The notes beneath the pieces were generated by a model. The model searched no databases and was not told where the DNA came from. It saw only the letters and a list, made by a program, of their open reading frames with translations. A DNA stretch of 64,000 nt from Haplodiscus bocki (lineage: Eukaryota). The stretch covers positions 29,326,001 through 29,390,000 of the forward strand of contig OZ296652.1 in NCBI GenBank assembly GCA_965655095.1, in the 5' to 3' direction. Made by a program: the position numbers and the translations under genes. Of this stretch, positions 1-13,300 are shown one piece after another (within the stretch, counting starts at the first letter, position 1; the number at the start of each line of letters is the position of its first letter).

Positions 1-3000
1 ATGAGAAAAATTGTCAATGGAAATTTCAATTATCTATGTCTTTTTTCTTATTTTTGCGTTACTACCAAGAATATATGAAGTGATAAAAAATACCAATACA
101 TAAATTGACTTACAAATCAAAAAACGTTGTTAATGATGATGTAACAAAACAAATAAGTGTGAACAAAAGCAATCGCAATTTTTTCAGATTTGAGGGCAAG
201 TATTTTTTCTACTACTAAGTTTATCGCCAAATTGGGACTTTTTTCATGAAAAAGTCTACTTATGTGAGAAATTATTAAATCTAAACCCAAAAGTCAAAGT
301 TCATTTGTAAAGTATTTGGATGAAGGGCTTCATATCAGATGAGGTTAGATTTTCATTTTAGTTTTACGTTAGAAAAAAGTCCCGGCTGAGAGTTTTTTGT
401 GAACCAGAGACAATACACTACGAAAGAAATAATTGAACCGGTTTTGAGTGTTATTACGTTTTACTTGGAGCATGACGACAGAGAAAGTTTTGAATTCAAT
501 GGTGAAGCTCTAACTTTTGCTTCATCTCAAATGATGAATTAGGTACCAAAAAATTTAAGTCAGTGAATTTATCAGGCGAAAGTTTTAAAATTATTAAACA
601 GTGTTGAACAACGATTTGTCCTATTTCAAAAACATCAAGATCTTTAGAGATAATTCCAATAATTTTTTGTTTCTAAATTCTGTCTCTTAAAAATTTTGAT
701 TTGCGATCACGGCCGCCCTCGAACTACTACTAGGTCTATCGAAAGATACATAGCGGAAACATATTAAACGTTTGTAATTGGTAAAAGTGTTGAAAAAAGG
801 TACTTTCTATATATGAAAAAATTCACAAGTACACCTGAAAACATAAAAAAAATAATATAACCACGAAAAATACTGATACGTTTGTAGAAACAACAAAGAC
901 AAAACTTCAGAATACTTCAGAATCAAAAATCACTAGACCATCTGAGATCTTCTGTTTTCAAATACTTTTAAAATTAGAAGGAGAATGGGTTATAGGTTTA
1001 AGCAATTTCGAGGTTTTCATTTCTATTTTCATTATAGGCGAAGACTTCTAGATATATTCACGTTAAGAAACAGAACCTACAGATTGGTGACAATTAGTAT
1101 TGTTAGATGAAAAAGAAAAAAAAGGTTTTTAATTGGTGAAGAAAGTTTGAAAGTAGAAACACTAAGACCACATTTTATTATCAGACTGAAATCAATTGAT
1201 TATAATGAAGAAAGTTTGTTGAAAAACACAATAAAAACAACGGATGAAGAAGCAAAGTTTGTTTTCAATCAATATAAGTTTTTCGAAAGTTCTTTACATG
1301 ATTATGACAAATCTGATTTTCACGACTTTGAAAGTTATCTTCGAACAAAGAAGTTGATGAGAAAAATTGTCAATGGAAATTTCAATTATCTATGTCTTTT
1401 TTCTTATTTTTGCGTTACTACCAAGAATATATGAAGTGATAAATAATACCAATACATAAATTGACTTACAAATCAAAAAACGTTGTTAATGATGATGTAA
1501 CAAAACAAATAAGTGTGAACAAAAGCAATCGCAATTTTTTCAGATTTGAGGGCAAGTATTTTTTCTACTACTAAGTTTATCGCCAAATTGGGACTTTTTT
1601 CATGAAAAAGTCTACTTATGTGAGAAATTATTAAATCTAAACCCAAAAGTCAAAGTTCATTTGTAAAGTATTTGGATGAAGGGCTTCATATCAGATGAGG
1701 TTAGATTTTCATTTTAGTTTTACGTTAGAAAAAAGTCCCGGCTGAGAGTTTTTTGTGAACCAGAGACAATACACTACGAAAGAAATAATTGAACCGGTTT
1801 TGAGTGTTATTACGTTTTACTTGGAGCATGACGACAGAGAAAGTTTTGAATTCAATGGTGAAGCTCTAACTTTTGCTTCATCTCAAATGATGAATTAGGT
1901 ACCAAAAAATTTAAGTCAGTGAATTTATCAGGCGAAAGTTTTAAAATTATTAAACAGTGTTGAACAACGATTTGTCCTATTTCAAAAACATCAAGATCTT
2001 TAGAGATAATTCCAATAATTTTTTGTTTCTAAATTCTGTCTCTTAAAAATTTTGATTTGCGATCACGGCCGCCCTCGAACTACTACTAGGTCTATCGAAA
2101 GATACATAGCGGAAACATATTAAACGTTTGTAATTGGTAAAGGTGTTGAAAAAAGGTACTTTCTATATATGAAAAAATTCACAAGTACACCTGAAAACGT
2201 ACAAAAAATAATATAACCACGAAAAATACTGATACGTTTGTAGAAACAACAAAGACAAAACTTCAGAATACTTCAGAATCAAAAATCACTAGACCATCTG
2301 AGATCTTCTGTTTTCAAATACTTTTAAAATTAGAAGGAGAATGGGTTATAGGTTTAAGCAATTTCGAGGTTTTCATTTCTATTTTCATTATAGGCGAAAA
2401 CTTCTAGATATATTCACGTTAAGAAACAGAACCTACAGATTGGTGACAATTAGTATTGTTAGATGAAAAAGAAAAAAAAGTTTTTTAATTGGTGAAGAAA
2501 GTTTGAAAGGAGAAACACTAAGACCACATTTTATTATCAGACTGAAGTCAATTGATTATAATGAAGAAAGTTTGTTGAAAAACACAATAAAGTCAACGGA
2601 TGAAGAAGCAAAGTTTGTTTTCAATCAATATAAGTTTTTCGAAAGTTCTTTACATGATTATGACAAATCTGATTTTCACGACTTTGAAAGTTTTCTTCGA
2701 ACAAAGAAGTTGATAAGAAAAATTGTCAATGGAAATTTCAATTATCTATGTCTTTTTTCTTACTTTTGCGTTACTACCAAGAATATATGAAGAGATAAAT
2801 AATAACAATACATAAAATGACTTACAAATCAAAAACGTTGTTAATGATGATGTAACAAAACAAATAAGTGTGAACAATAGCAATCGCAATTTTTTCAGAT
2901 TTGAGGGCAAGTATTTTTTCTACTACTAAGTTTATCGCCAAATTGGGACTTTTTTCATGAAAAAGTCTACTTATGTGAGAAATTATTAAATCTAAACCCA

Positions 3001-6000
3001 AAAGTCAAAGTTCATTTGTAAAGTATTTGGATGAAGGGCTTCATATCAGATGAGGTTAGATTTTCATTTTAGTTTTACGTTAGAAAAAAGTCCCGGCTGA
3101 GAGTTTTTTGTGAACCAGAGACAATACACTACGAAAGAAATAATTGAACCGGTTTTGAGTGTTATTACGTTTTACTTGGAGCATGACGACAGAGAAAGTT
3201 TTGAATTCAATGGTGAAGCTCTAACTTTTGCTTCATCTCAAATGATGAATTAGGTACCAAAAAATTTAAGTCAGTGAATTTATCAGGCGAAAGTTTTAAA
3301 TTTATTAAACAGTGTTGAACAACGATTTGTCCTATTTCAAAAACATCAAGATCTTTAGAGATAATTCCAATAATTTTTTGTTTCTAAATTCTGTCTCTTA
3401 AAAATTTTGATTTGCGATCACGGCCGCCCTCGAACTACTACTAGGTCTATCGAAAGATACATAGCGGAAACATATTAAACGTTTGTAATTGGTAAAAGTG
3501 TTGAAAAAAGGTACTTTCTATATATGAAAAAATTCACAAGTACACCTGAAAACATAAAAAAAATAATATAACCACGAAAAATACTGATACGTTTGTAGAA
3601 ACAACAAAGACAAAACTTCAGAATACTTCAGAATCAAAAATCACTAGACCATCTGAGATCTTCTGTTTTCAAATACTTTTAAAATTAGAAGGAGAATGGG
3701 TTATAGGTTTAAGCAATTTCGAGGTTTTCATTTCTATTTTCATTATAGGCGAAGACTTCTAGATATATTCACGTGAAGAAACAGAACCTACAGATTGGTG
3801 ACAATTAGTATTGTTAGATGAAAAAGAAAAAGTTTTTTAATTGCTGAAGAAAGTTTGAAAGGAGAAACACTAAGACCACATTTTATTAACAGACTGAAAT
3901 CAATTGATTATAATGAAGAAAGTTTGTTGAAAAACACAATAAAAACAACGGATGAAGAAGCAAAGTTTGTTTTCAATCAATATAAGTTTTTCGAAAGTTC
4001 TTTACATGATTATGACAAATCTGATTTTCACGACTTTGAAAGTTATCTTCGAACAAAGAAGTTGATGAGAAAAATTGTCAATGGAAATTTCAATTATCTA
4101 TGTCTTTTTTCTTATTTTTGCGTTACTACCAAGAATATATGAAGTGATAAATAATACCAATACATAAAATGACTTACAAATCAAAAAGGTTGTTAATGAT
4201 GATGTAACAAAACAAATAAGTGTGAACAAAAGCAATCGCAATTTTTTCAGATTTGAGGGCAAGTATTTTTTCTACTACTAAGTTTATCGCCAAATTGGGA
4301 CTGTTTTCATGAAAAAGTCTACTTATGTGAGAAATTATTTTAATCTAAACCCAAAAGATAAAGTTCATTTGTAAAGTATTTGGATGAAGGGCTTCATATC
4401 AGATGAGGTTAGATTTTCATTTTAGTTTTACGTTAGAAAAAAGTCCCGGCTGAGAGTTTTTTGTGAACCAGAGACAATACACTACGAAAGAAATAATTGA
4501 ACCCGTTTTGAGTGTTATTACGTTTTACTTGGAGCATGACGACAGAGAAAGTTTTGAATTCAATGGTGAAGCTCTAACTTTTGCTTCATCTCAAATGATG
4601 AATTAGGTGCCAAAAAATTTAAGTCAATGAATTTATCAGGCGAAAGTTTTAAAATTATTAAACAGTGTTGAACAACGATTTGTCCTATTCAAAAACATCA
4701 AGGTCTTCAGAGATAATTCCAATAATTTTTTGTTTCTAAATTCTGTCTCTTAAAAACTTTGATTTGCGATCGCGGCCGCCCTCGAACTACTACTAGGTCT
4801 ATCGAATGTTACATAGCGGAAACAGATTAAACGTTTGTAATTGGTAAATGTGTTGAAAAATGGTTCTTTCTATATATGAAATTATTCACAAGTACACCGC
4901 AAAACATAAAAAAAGAACAAATAATGTAAACACAAAAAAACGTGACAAATTTATAGGAACAACGAAGGCAAAACTTCAAAAAACTTCAAAATTGAAAATC
5001 ACTAAACCATCTGACATCTTCTGTTTTGCTGCACTTCTGAAAAAATAAAGAACATGGGTGATAGGCTTACGTAGTTTCGAAGTTTTCATCTCTATTTTCA
5101 ATAAAAGCGAAGACTTCTAAATGTATTCGCGTTAAAAAAGGGAAGCTATAGATTGGTGAGAAGTAGTTTTGTCAGATGGAAAAGAAAAGTGTTTTTAATT
5201 CTTGAAGAAGGTTTGAAAGAAGAAACACTGAGGCCACTTTTTATTATCAAACTGAAATCCTTCAATTATGATGAAGAGAATTTGTTGAAAAGCACAATAA
5301 AAACAACGGATGAAGAAAGAAATTTTGTTCACAATCTTTGTACAGTTTCCGGATAATTTCTGTTTGATTTTGACAAATCGGTTTTTCCAGACTTTGAAAG
5401 TTATCTTCGAACAAGAAAGTTGATGAGAAAGATTATCAATGGTGATTCCAATTATATAAGTCTCTTTTCTTTTTTTTGCGTCACTACCAAGAGTATATAA
5501 AGTGATACATGATACCAATACGTATATTGACTTACAGATCATAGACGTTGTTAATGATGATGTAACAAAACAAATAAGTGTGAACAAAAGCAATCGCAAT
5601 TTTTTCAGATTTGAGGGCAAGTATTTTTTCTACTACTAAGTTTATCGCCAAATTGGGACTTTTTTTATGAAAAGGTTTAGTTATGTGAGAATTTATTAAA
5701 TCTAAACCCAAAAGACAAAGTTCATGTGAAAAGTATTTGGATGAAGTGCTTCGTATCAGATGAGGTTAGAATTTCATTTTAGTTTTACATTAGAAAAAAG
5801 TCCATGCCACAAGTTTTTTGGGAACCAGAGACAATACATTACAAAGATATAATTGAAAAGGTTTTAAGTAATTTGATGTTTTATTTAAAAGCTGATGACA
5901 GAAAAAGTGTTGGTTTCAAAAGTGAAACTTTAATGCCTGCATTAACTCAATTGATAATTTAGGCACAAAATATTAAAGTCATTGATTTTATCTGGTGAAA

Positions 6001-6200
6001 GTTTAAAAGTTTTTAATAAAAGTTCAAAACCATCAATATCATGAGAAAACTTTTCAATCTTTTTCTTCTTCAGATTGTCTTTCCAAAAACTTGTAGTTAG
6101 TGGTAATTGCATTGGGGGCCGCCTTTGGTCTACTACTATATCTATCGAGGATGGGATAACTAAATCAAGTCAGAAGTGTGTAACTTGCAAATGTGTTCAT
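1..6200 (+). repeat. Tandem array, ~1356-bp unit, ~4.5 copies (runs off the left edge of the window)
   Basis: The same segments recur at 1/1357/~2713/~4065/~5422; ORF-track repeats at 1147, 2503, 3855. Copies are near-identical up to ~4860 and clearly diverged after that. Confidence 0.97.
830..1898 (+). pseudogene. Polinton/adintovirus-type minor capsid (penton)-like pseudogene, one per repeat unit (other copies end at 542, 3253, 4606, 5962)
   Basis: Translation across frameshifts gives N-terminal 'IFCFQILLKLEGEWVIGLSNFEVFISIF' and C-terminal 'KVHL*S..G...VR..FSFTLEKSPG*..FCEPETIHY..VLSVITFYLEHDDRESFEFNGEALTF', which match the pattern I recognise for Polinton single jelly-roll pentons. Confidence 0.7.
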
Positions 6201-6470
6201 TTTAACAGAAAAAAGCCAAGCATTGTTAGAGATAACATATTAGCAGCTGAATGTCTACATAGTTTTTTTCAAGAACTTAGGGAAAGATTCTGCTGAAACT
6301 GGAAAAAAATTAGCTACTATATCAAAACAGTCTTGGAAGATTATTAGAAAGAGACGCAAAATAGGGCAGTGCAGTTGTAATTGAAAACCCTAAAGTACCT
6401 TTAAACTCCATTCCATATATAATTTTTTTTTAAATTCGGAAAAAAATATTACCGTGGAAAGTTTGTGTAG
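6070..6470 (+). pseudogene. Polinton-like small protein: Cys-rich N-terminus plus amphipathic basic helix
   Basis: 'CIGGRLWSTT...CKCVHFNRKKPSIVRDNILAAECLHSFFQ', then after frameshifts 'GKKLAT...RGKFV*'; follows the last penton copy. Confidence 0.45.
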
Positions 6471-6559
6471 ATAGAAGTACAAGAACAAACTTTATAAAAA
6501 TTTGAAAATCTGCAGCAAAGTTCAATCCATTAGTTCCTTTAGAATCATTTGCAATTGTT

Positions 6560-6897
6560 CTGCAATCATTGGGAAACATTAAATGACATCAAACGTTTCA
6601 AAAACTCTATTACCAATGTCAAAGAAATGTTTACGTTTTGAGAGATGAAAATCGTAAATCAAAAGAGAAACACAGAAATGTAGAATCATATCTCGCTTGT
6701 TGAAAACAGTTGGCACTTTCGTTTTTATTGCTACGTTCTTCTCTGTAATTTTGTCTCTTATTAGTTTTATTTTGATTGTGATAAAGATTTCAACTGGCCT
6801 TGCTTGTGGTTTAACCTTAAGGAATGAAGTGTTTCATCAAATACTTATGAAGGAAAAATTAAAAATAAAAGTACTATGAAAGAACTCAACAAACTAT
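6560..6897 (+). pseudogene. Hydrophobic membrane-protein gene of the same element, interrupted by the Gypsy insertion
   Basis: ORF 6697-6879 is strongly hydrophobic (two TM-like stretches); the frame '...YYERTQQTI' is cut at 6898 by TGTGATG. Confidence 0.45.
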
Positions 6898-7462
6898 TGT
6901 GATGAGTGTGTGTTTGCCGGTCAAAATGTCTTTCTGGGACCGACAATTCACTTACCTCGTCCGGAATGTTATGTCGAGTCTCAACATTTACAACCCGATA
7001 GATGTAGTGTATTGTTATTTCCAGATGCGTTTTCAAGAGACTTTTCAATCCCTACATGTTCCCAACTTTCTGAGTTTGCGGTCACACTGGTCGCATCCCG
7101 TCCAGAAGATGCATTTATTGACCTGATTGCTAATTCAATTTTAGGAGCAACGGTGTTATCAATAGCGGTCAAAATTGCATTCTGTATCCTATTTTCAACT
7201 GTATCAACAATATTATTCATTTCTGTGTCAATCTTTTCATTAAAACACCTTTCCAAAGTTTCGCATTCATTGCATTTCCAATAACAACTGAACTATTGCT
7301 AGAAGTACCAACGTTAAAATCTCGGTCATTAGTGCCTTCATTGACCACAGCATTTTCATATCTTTCACTAATGCCGTTGCCAATGATCATGTCTTGATCG
7401 AAGTCATCTAATTGGCTGAGGAGCTTTCTGTTTGACTGCTTTTTCTTGCGAGTAGAAACCAT
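6898..7462 (-). pseudogene. gag: Gag N-terminal segment located inside the LTR
   Basis: ORFs 7217-7462, 6981-7256 and 6845-7048 join via frameshifts into MVSTRKKKQSNR...RIQNAILTAID...HFDRQTHTHH, ending at the LTR terminus. Confidence 0.6.
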
Positions 7463-7871
7463 GTTTTTTTATTAAGTCAATTGTACTTGAGATTATAATA
7501 TTATCGGCAACAAAAGAATGTGATGTAAATTTGCAAAATGAAGTTTAGGGGGGTTTAAATAATCCAAAATAAGTAGTATCATTCTAGGATGAGCGTTTTA
7601 TCGAACTGTTTTGAGGATCACAATCTTCCTTCTGGCGATGGTTTCTTAGCCTGTTGTGGGTCACCCTTTCCTTCGTTTGACCTGACATTCGTCGACCAAT
7701 TGGGTGGCACGATCTACTGACGTTATGTTGGCGATTCTATTTATAATCAAAACATCAAAGCGAAAACCCGAATTTTCTATGTCATCATTAGGGCGTCATT
7801 TTAAAAATAGTAATGAGATCAACATCAAAGGAGAAACACCGAAAAATCATGACTATCAAAAAATAGTTACA
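6898..7871 (-). repeat. 3' LTR (~974 bp) containing the Gag N-terminus
   Basis: Minus strand reads TGTAAC...CTCATCACA (TG...CA), preceded by a short purine run (CCAGAAAA). The 6898 boundary is a sharp junction into the interrupted gene; the 7871 boundary is inferred. Confidence 0.65.
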
Positions 7872-8579
7872 TTTTCTGGATAAATGGTAAAGGTTAATAA
7901 ACTCATGCTTGCATGTGTGGTGTACATCAAGGGTGGTCATCTATGGTTACAATATATTGAATACAACAAGAATGTTGACATTGGGTTTCATACATAGGCT
8001 TGACATCAAGTTAATGAATGGTGGTCCAAAGTGGGCAATATGACCGTTTTTTGATCAACTGTTAATTATCACTTGGGATCAAATAATATTAGGTACTAGT
8101 TAATTTAGCATCTCATAATAATTAATTATATGCTTATAAAAGTACATAGCAACGTGTTTTGATTGAATCTGGTCATTCTTTGGTATTTGCGACTTCATTT
8201 AGCCGTATTTCGCCTCGTGTTCTAAAGCGACCACTCGCTTTGAGCAAAGTGGTCAAAATTAGGTCCTTGTGACCGGCTTTTGACCACTCACCAGTAGCGC
8301 CGTTGCTTGGTCAGAATTTTGACAAGAAGACTTTTTCCGACCAATCAGCATTGAGTATAAGACTGCAAGTTAATTGAGCACTATAAGCAATTGTTTATGT
8401 CCGTTCTCTAATGATACTAGCTTGCTTGCCATTTGTATGGATTTTGCACATAGATATATAGTTATGCGTAGGATAGTGTATGAATATATATCAAAATAAA
8501 AGTATGTATCAATTTTTATAAAATGATGGGGAGGAAGTTTATCCAGCGAATTACTTAATAGGAGTTTTGTCAGTTTTAA

Positions 8580-9392
8580 TCTTCGAATAAGGGCAACGCG
8601 TATCCCTGCCTGCCCGAGTTTTGTCCATTGTAATTAAAGGAGTAGAGTAAGCCGTCACAGGCGGCAGCCTGCGACACTCCCGGGGGAGAAAAGTGAAGAC
8701 TCCGCTCTGAATACCGTCAATGAAAGCATTTCTTTTGATTTGGCGTTCTCCTACTGTCTCACCTGTCTGCGCTGTCCGGTTGAGATAATGGGCAACAGTT
8801 TCTTCTATGACTTGGTCATAGGATTTTCCGCAGACCAAACACCCTGTCAGCCATTCATTGCGCTGCGGATGAGGGTGCAATGTCAAATTTCGCAGTCCAT
8901 CGGCGACTGTCGTAATATTGAGGGCTTGTTTCATAAAGTTGATGACGATGGGTCAGTAATATCGTAGGGACGAAGGATGTCTGATTGCCCACAATTTTTT
9001 GTAGTCGGCGATTCTGGCGTATCCGGGATAGGTTTTGTTTGTTGGCATAAATGGAGAGGGATAGGGTGGCGATTTGGAGTATAGGGTAAGAACTGGGCTG
9101 GGTTGCCAGTTATTGGGGTGAGCACTTCATCATTCTTGTCATCGGAGAACAACGAAGTTGGCGGGGTGGTTGGGTACTGAGGGGCAGAGGTGCCGGACAA
9201 TGACATTTGTCCGTGTTGAGCTGCTATTAGTTCGGTTATGGCGCTGTACGTATCCGGGACGCTGTTCGGTAGCTGCGGAATTGGTGATGAGCAAGGTGCG
9301 TCGATTTCACTCTCATCACCTGATAGGTAAATGGGTTTTGTTTCCATTTCCTGATCTTCATCGATAATAAATTGAGGGTTCATTTCAGCCAT
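8580..9392 (-). pseudogene. Accessory ORF (sense to pol): acidic/Pro-rich N-terminus plus CxxC domain, function unknown
   Basis: ORFs 8931-9392 and 8551-8934 overlap end to start; 'WLTGCLVCGKSYDQVIEE...KRNAFIDG'. Confidence 0.55.
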
Positions 9393-10335
9393 GGCTTTCT
9401 TTTAAAAATGTCGTAGTGCCGTGGTTGAAGAAAATAGGTTTAAACTGAAGCAACTGATTTCGTTGAAAGTTTAAATTATGAACGAAGATTGGGTAAAATT
9501 TTGGAGGGTTTTCATAAAAAAAATTTCGCGTGTTTCAACATTTCGTTGAATTAAGGGGGTTGTTTGGGTTAAGGGGGTTAGGTTGAAAAGAATCATGTTT
9601 GATTGTAACTAATTAGTTTTATGGCATTTTTAACTCTCGAGTTTTAAGTGGTCATCAAAGTCCACGGGTGACCATGTTGATGAAGTTGAAGCAGCACTTC
9701 AATTTGATGAGTGCAAGCTCACTTTTTGTAATGTTAAGAGCCAATCAGCGTGAAGCATGATAAATTTAATGAAAATTAAAAAAATGAAAGAAGTTTTATT
9801 GTAAGATGTAAAATGAAATGACTGGAGGTTAAATGTTAGGAAACTTTGGCAGAAGTCGACCTAAATATTAAATATGTAGATAATGTTAGATAGGTTTTAT
9901 CGTGTCAATAGTGACCATAATGTGGCAAAATCCATATTGTAAAGCCACGACTCTCTCACCTTTTGAAATTGTTTAAATTTGAACTGTTATTGTTTATTGT
10001 GTTTTGTTAAAGTTGCCGATTACTTTGTTGTTGATTTATTGATTGTTTATTGGAGTTGTTTTGGAGTGCTGTCAACTCGTGTTTGAGTCGAGTGAAGGAG
10101 AAGCCAGTTTCTGCGGAGAGTCAGAAGAATTTTTCGCTATTAACAAATGAATGAGTGTTGGGTCTTTGATACTATTCGTTATGTTGGAACATGTCGAATC
10201 AAGAACCACTTGATGAGTGAAGGCAATTAACTTGCTTGGCCAGAGCAAAATTTCTCTCATCACTAATAGGAGAACACGTGATAGGTTTGAGTTTGAACAA
10301 ACACGTGTTTCCTCTTACGGATATCCGGTTTCGAA

Positions 10336-13300
10336 ATGGGCGAATATGCTGGCGAATTGCCACGTAAATTTATTAGCTTCCATTGTTTAAAGAACGAATC
10401 CAACGTGCTGATGGACCGCAAAACCGAAGGAACTGAGAACTACCCAGACCTTCCCCAGAGTAACGAATCAAAAATTGTGGTTTTTGAAGAAACAGAGACT
10501 TCTCCGACAAAAAGTTTGGCAGTGTTGCAAGTCGCAGGAGGTAAAGGAGCGATGGTTGAAGAAACTGAAGATACGAACAAAAAATCTGTGATTATTGGCG
10601 GTCAAGAGTGTCTACTGTCGAGTAGTGATGAAGAAAATGAAGGATTGGAAAAGTTTTTGCGTGATAAACTTAAATCATTTAGCGGTGAAGGATTAGAAAG
10701 GATTATGGAGGTGGATCCTGCTGAAGTACTTGAATTGTTAGATGCAAACTTAGTGGGTCGTGGTAATACGGGAAGTAATGTGGTAGCTGTTGACGAAGAA
10801 ATGCCCAGGGGTCGGATGGACGAATTTCACGTTCGGAGTTGCAAGAAAAGAAGATTGATAGTGTAAGCAAGCGGCCGTTGTGTGATGTTGATTGTGGCGC
10901 GGCAGATGAACAACCTTCAAAGAGTGTTGCCTTCCAATTTGATGATGCAGGTGGTAGATTGTCTTCTGGAAGATGTGAATTGGTTGGTGTGTCAGATGCT
11001 GGGCAATAATTCCCAAGTAGTTCCCGAACGGATGACACTGATTATGGTAGATCTGAATTGGAGTCCTTTGCACGAAAGCGAGTTGACGATGTGAGTGGGG
11101 GGAGGTTTCGTGAAGCCGCAGGACTAGATTTACCAGGTTCTTTCGGAACCACAGTGCAGCATGGTTTGAGTACTGAGCGCTCAAAATACTATCCGAGCGA
11201 ATTTGCGAGAACCTTGTTAAAAGAGTGTTTTGCTGACAATCCGCCGGTACAATTAGATCCTCATCAGCAAATGACAGGAATGAGCTCGGATCAGATGATT
11301 CAATTTGCTGGGGCGATTGGATTAGAAGTTTCTTTGTCCACTTTTGAAATGTTGGAGGATGTGCTGTTGAAAAATGGCGGAAAGGCTGGAAGGAATGTTG
11401 GAGAAAAAAGCAGTGGACACACTGCTTCGTTGAGTAGGGCGGGGTCCACAGTTGTGGAGGGTGTTGCTTTTTTCTTTGCCTACGTTTACAGAGTCGCTTG
11501 GTAGTGATCGTTCGTCGGGTGATCTGACGCAGCAACTGTGTTCCAGTCGGCAGGCTTATGCAGCATTAGGCCTCTCGAACAGAAGTGAAAGAGATCAATG
11601 ATACCGACAGTTTGAAGACTCTTGGACAGATCCGTTCTGATGCTCGGAAGAAGGGCAATTTGTATAAGTGGTCATGAGAAGGTCGGCCTAACCCAATTTC
11701 GCCTAATGGATCAGATGACGGGGGGTATGTGTTTAACGAAGAAATGCTGGAGATCGCCCCCTTTGCGAAGATATTTGCTACGCGACCCGAAAATCCTTTG
11801 AAAAACCGGCATTGCTTCTTCTGTATGATTTGTAGAAGGAATGTGTAAATGAAATCTCGGGGTTTACATGAATTCAGGTGACACTTTCAGCGGGAGCGTC
11901 ATTTGAGGGCAGATCAGAGGTTTCGTGCCCGTTATCATCCTTCAAAGGTACGTGGGTTGGATGGGCGTACGCTTTATGGTTCAAAGTTGGAGGCTGAGAA
12001 GGAGTTGCTCATTTATCTGGAGGTGCCAGAATTAGATCATAATGTCCGTTTTATTACGACTTCCTTGAAGGAAAGCCGTTTATCATTACTTCCGCTAGTT
12101 CGCGGACCTTGATACAATATGAATTGTTGTTGATTTTCCTCAAAGGAGGAGGCCAATTGTGGACATTAGAGGAATACTGGACTCAGGTGGGAGTGTTTAC
12201 GGGTCATTCGACGAGCACAGCTGACTTCAATTGGAGTGCGAGCTATGTCTCTGTAAACATATGAGCATAAACTTATGATGGTCACAGATGGGTAATAGTA
12301 CTGGAGTTTGTCCATAGATCAGGAGTATGTCAGGGTATGTATCAAATGTAGTGTCAGAAGTGGTCAGGAAGTTGCACATTTGCAATGAGGGAGAAGGGTG
12401 TAATTTCGTGGGTGGGTATTTTTGCTTATGCTAGCTGTGATGTTTATAGGATTGTTGCATCATCTGTTCCTGGAGCTAGTGAAGCATGTGTCAGCAGTCA
12501 TTGCTCGTGAAGGGGCATATTCAATTGAATTCTCTGTGGGTTCACGTCACAGGACGTTAAGTGTTGGGTTTTGGGAGGGCAAGCAGTTTGTGTGTAAGCC
12601 CATGTTACATTGCGGGAGAGATGTATTGATTGAGATGGTTATATTGATCAAATGTCGCGGCTGCTTAGTGCTATCTCTGGTGATGCAACGATTATCTGTT
12701 GTGACGGGTCAAATGCCGATTTTGTGAAAGTCTTGGATAAGAGTCCTGGTCGAAAAGCGGGTGTTCAGTACCCCTTTGCTTTGACTCCCGTGCAGTTGGA
12801 GCGTCTGTTACACAAGCCCAGTTTCAGCGTAATGGGGAAGGTTGACATGTGGTCACTGCTGCGGGCTCTTCTATTACGTCTGAGTGGACTCTTGGATGAA
12901 CGCTGAGTGCAGTCGACACAGTATTTCAGAAAATTACTTTTTGGTAATAATTCCTTGTGGTTGCCTTGGGAGTATCACTTCGGAGTGATATTTTCGTGTT
13001 TTGTAGGCCCTGGAAGATGGGAAATTAGAGTTGTGCACGGCGTTTTTTGTGGTGCAGGAGATGATCACTCATTGACCTCAAATTGTTGCGTACATCAGCA
13101 ATACTAGTCAACGTCAAGAGTTTTAATTTGTGGAAGGGAGGGTGTGTATATTTTGTAAATGATTGCATTTAAGTAGTCAATTGTTAATAGATTGGTTTTT
13201 TAGGGACCAGCATTTGATAGTCAATTCAGTGGGGATTCTTACTTTAAAGCGCGTCTGGAGCTGTTTAAGTTGATCGCTCAGGACTATCGTGAAGCCTTCA

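Noticed and set aside
1147-4142. Three 95-aa ORFs as real genes
   Set aside because: They have TTG starts and are internal fragments of the frameshifted penton-like pseudogene.
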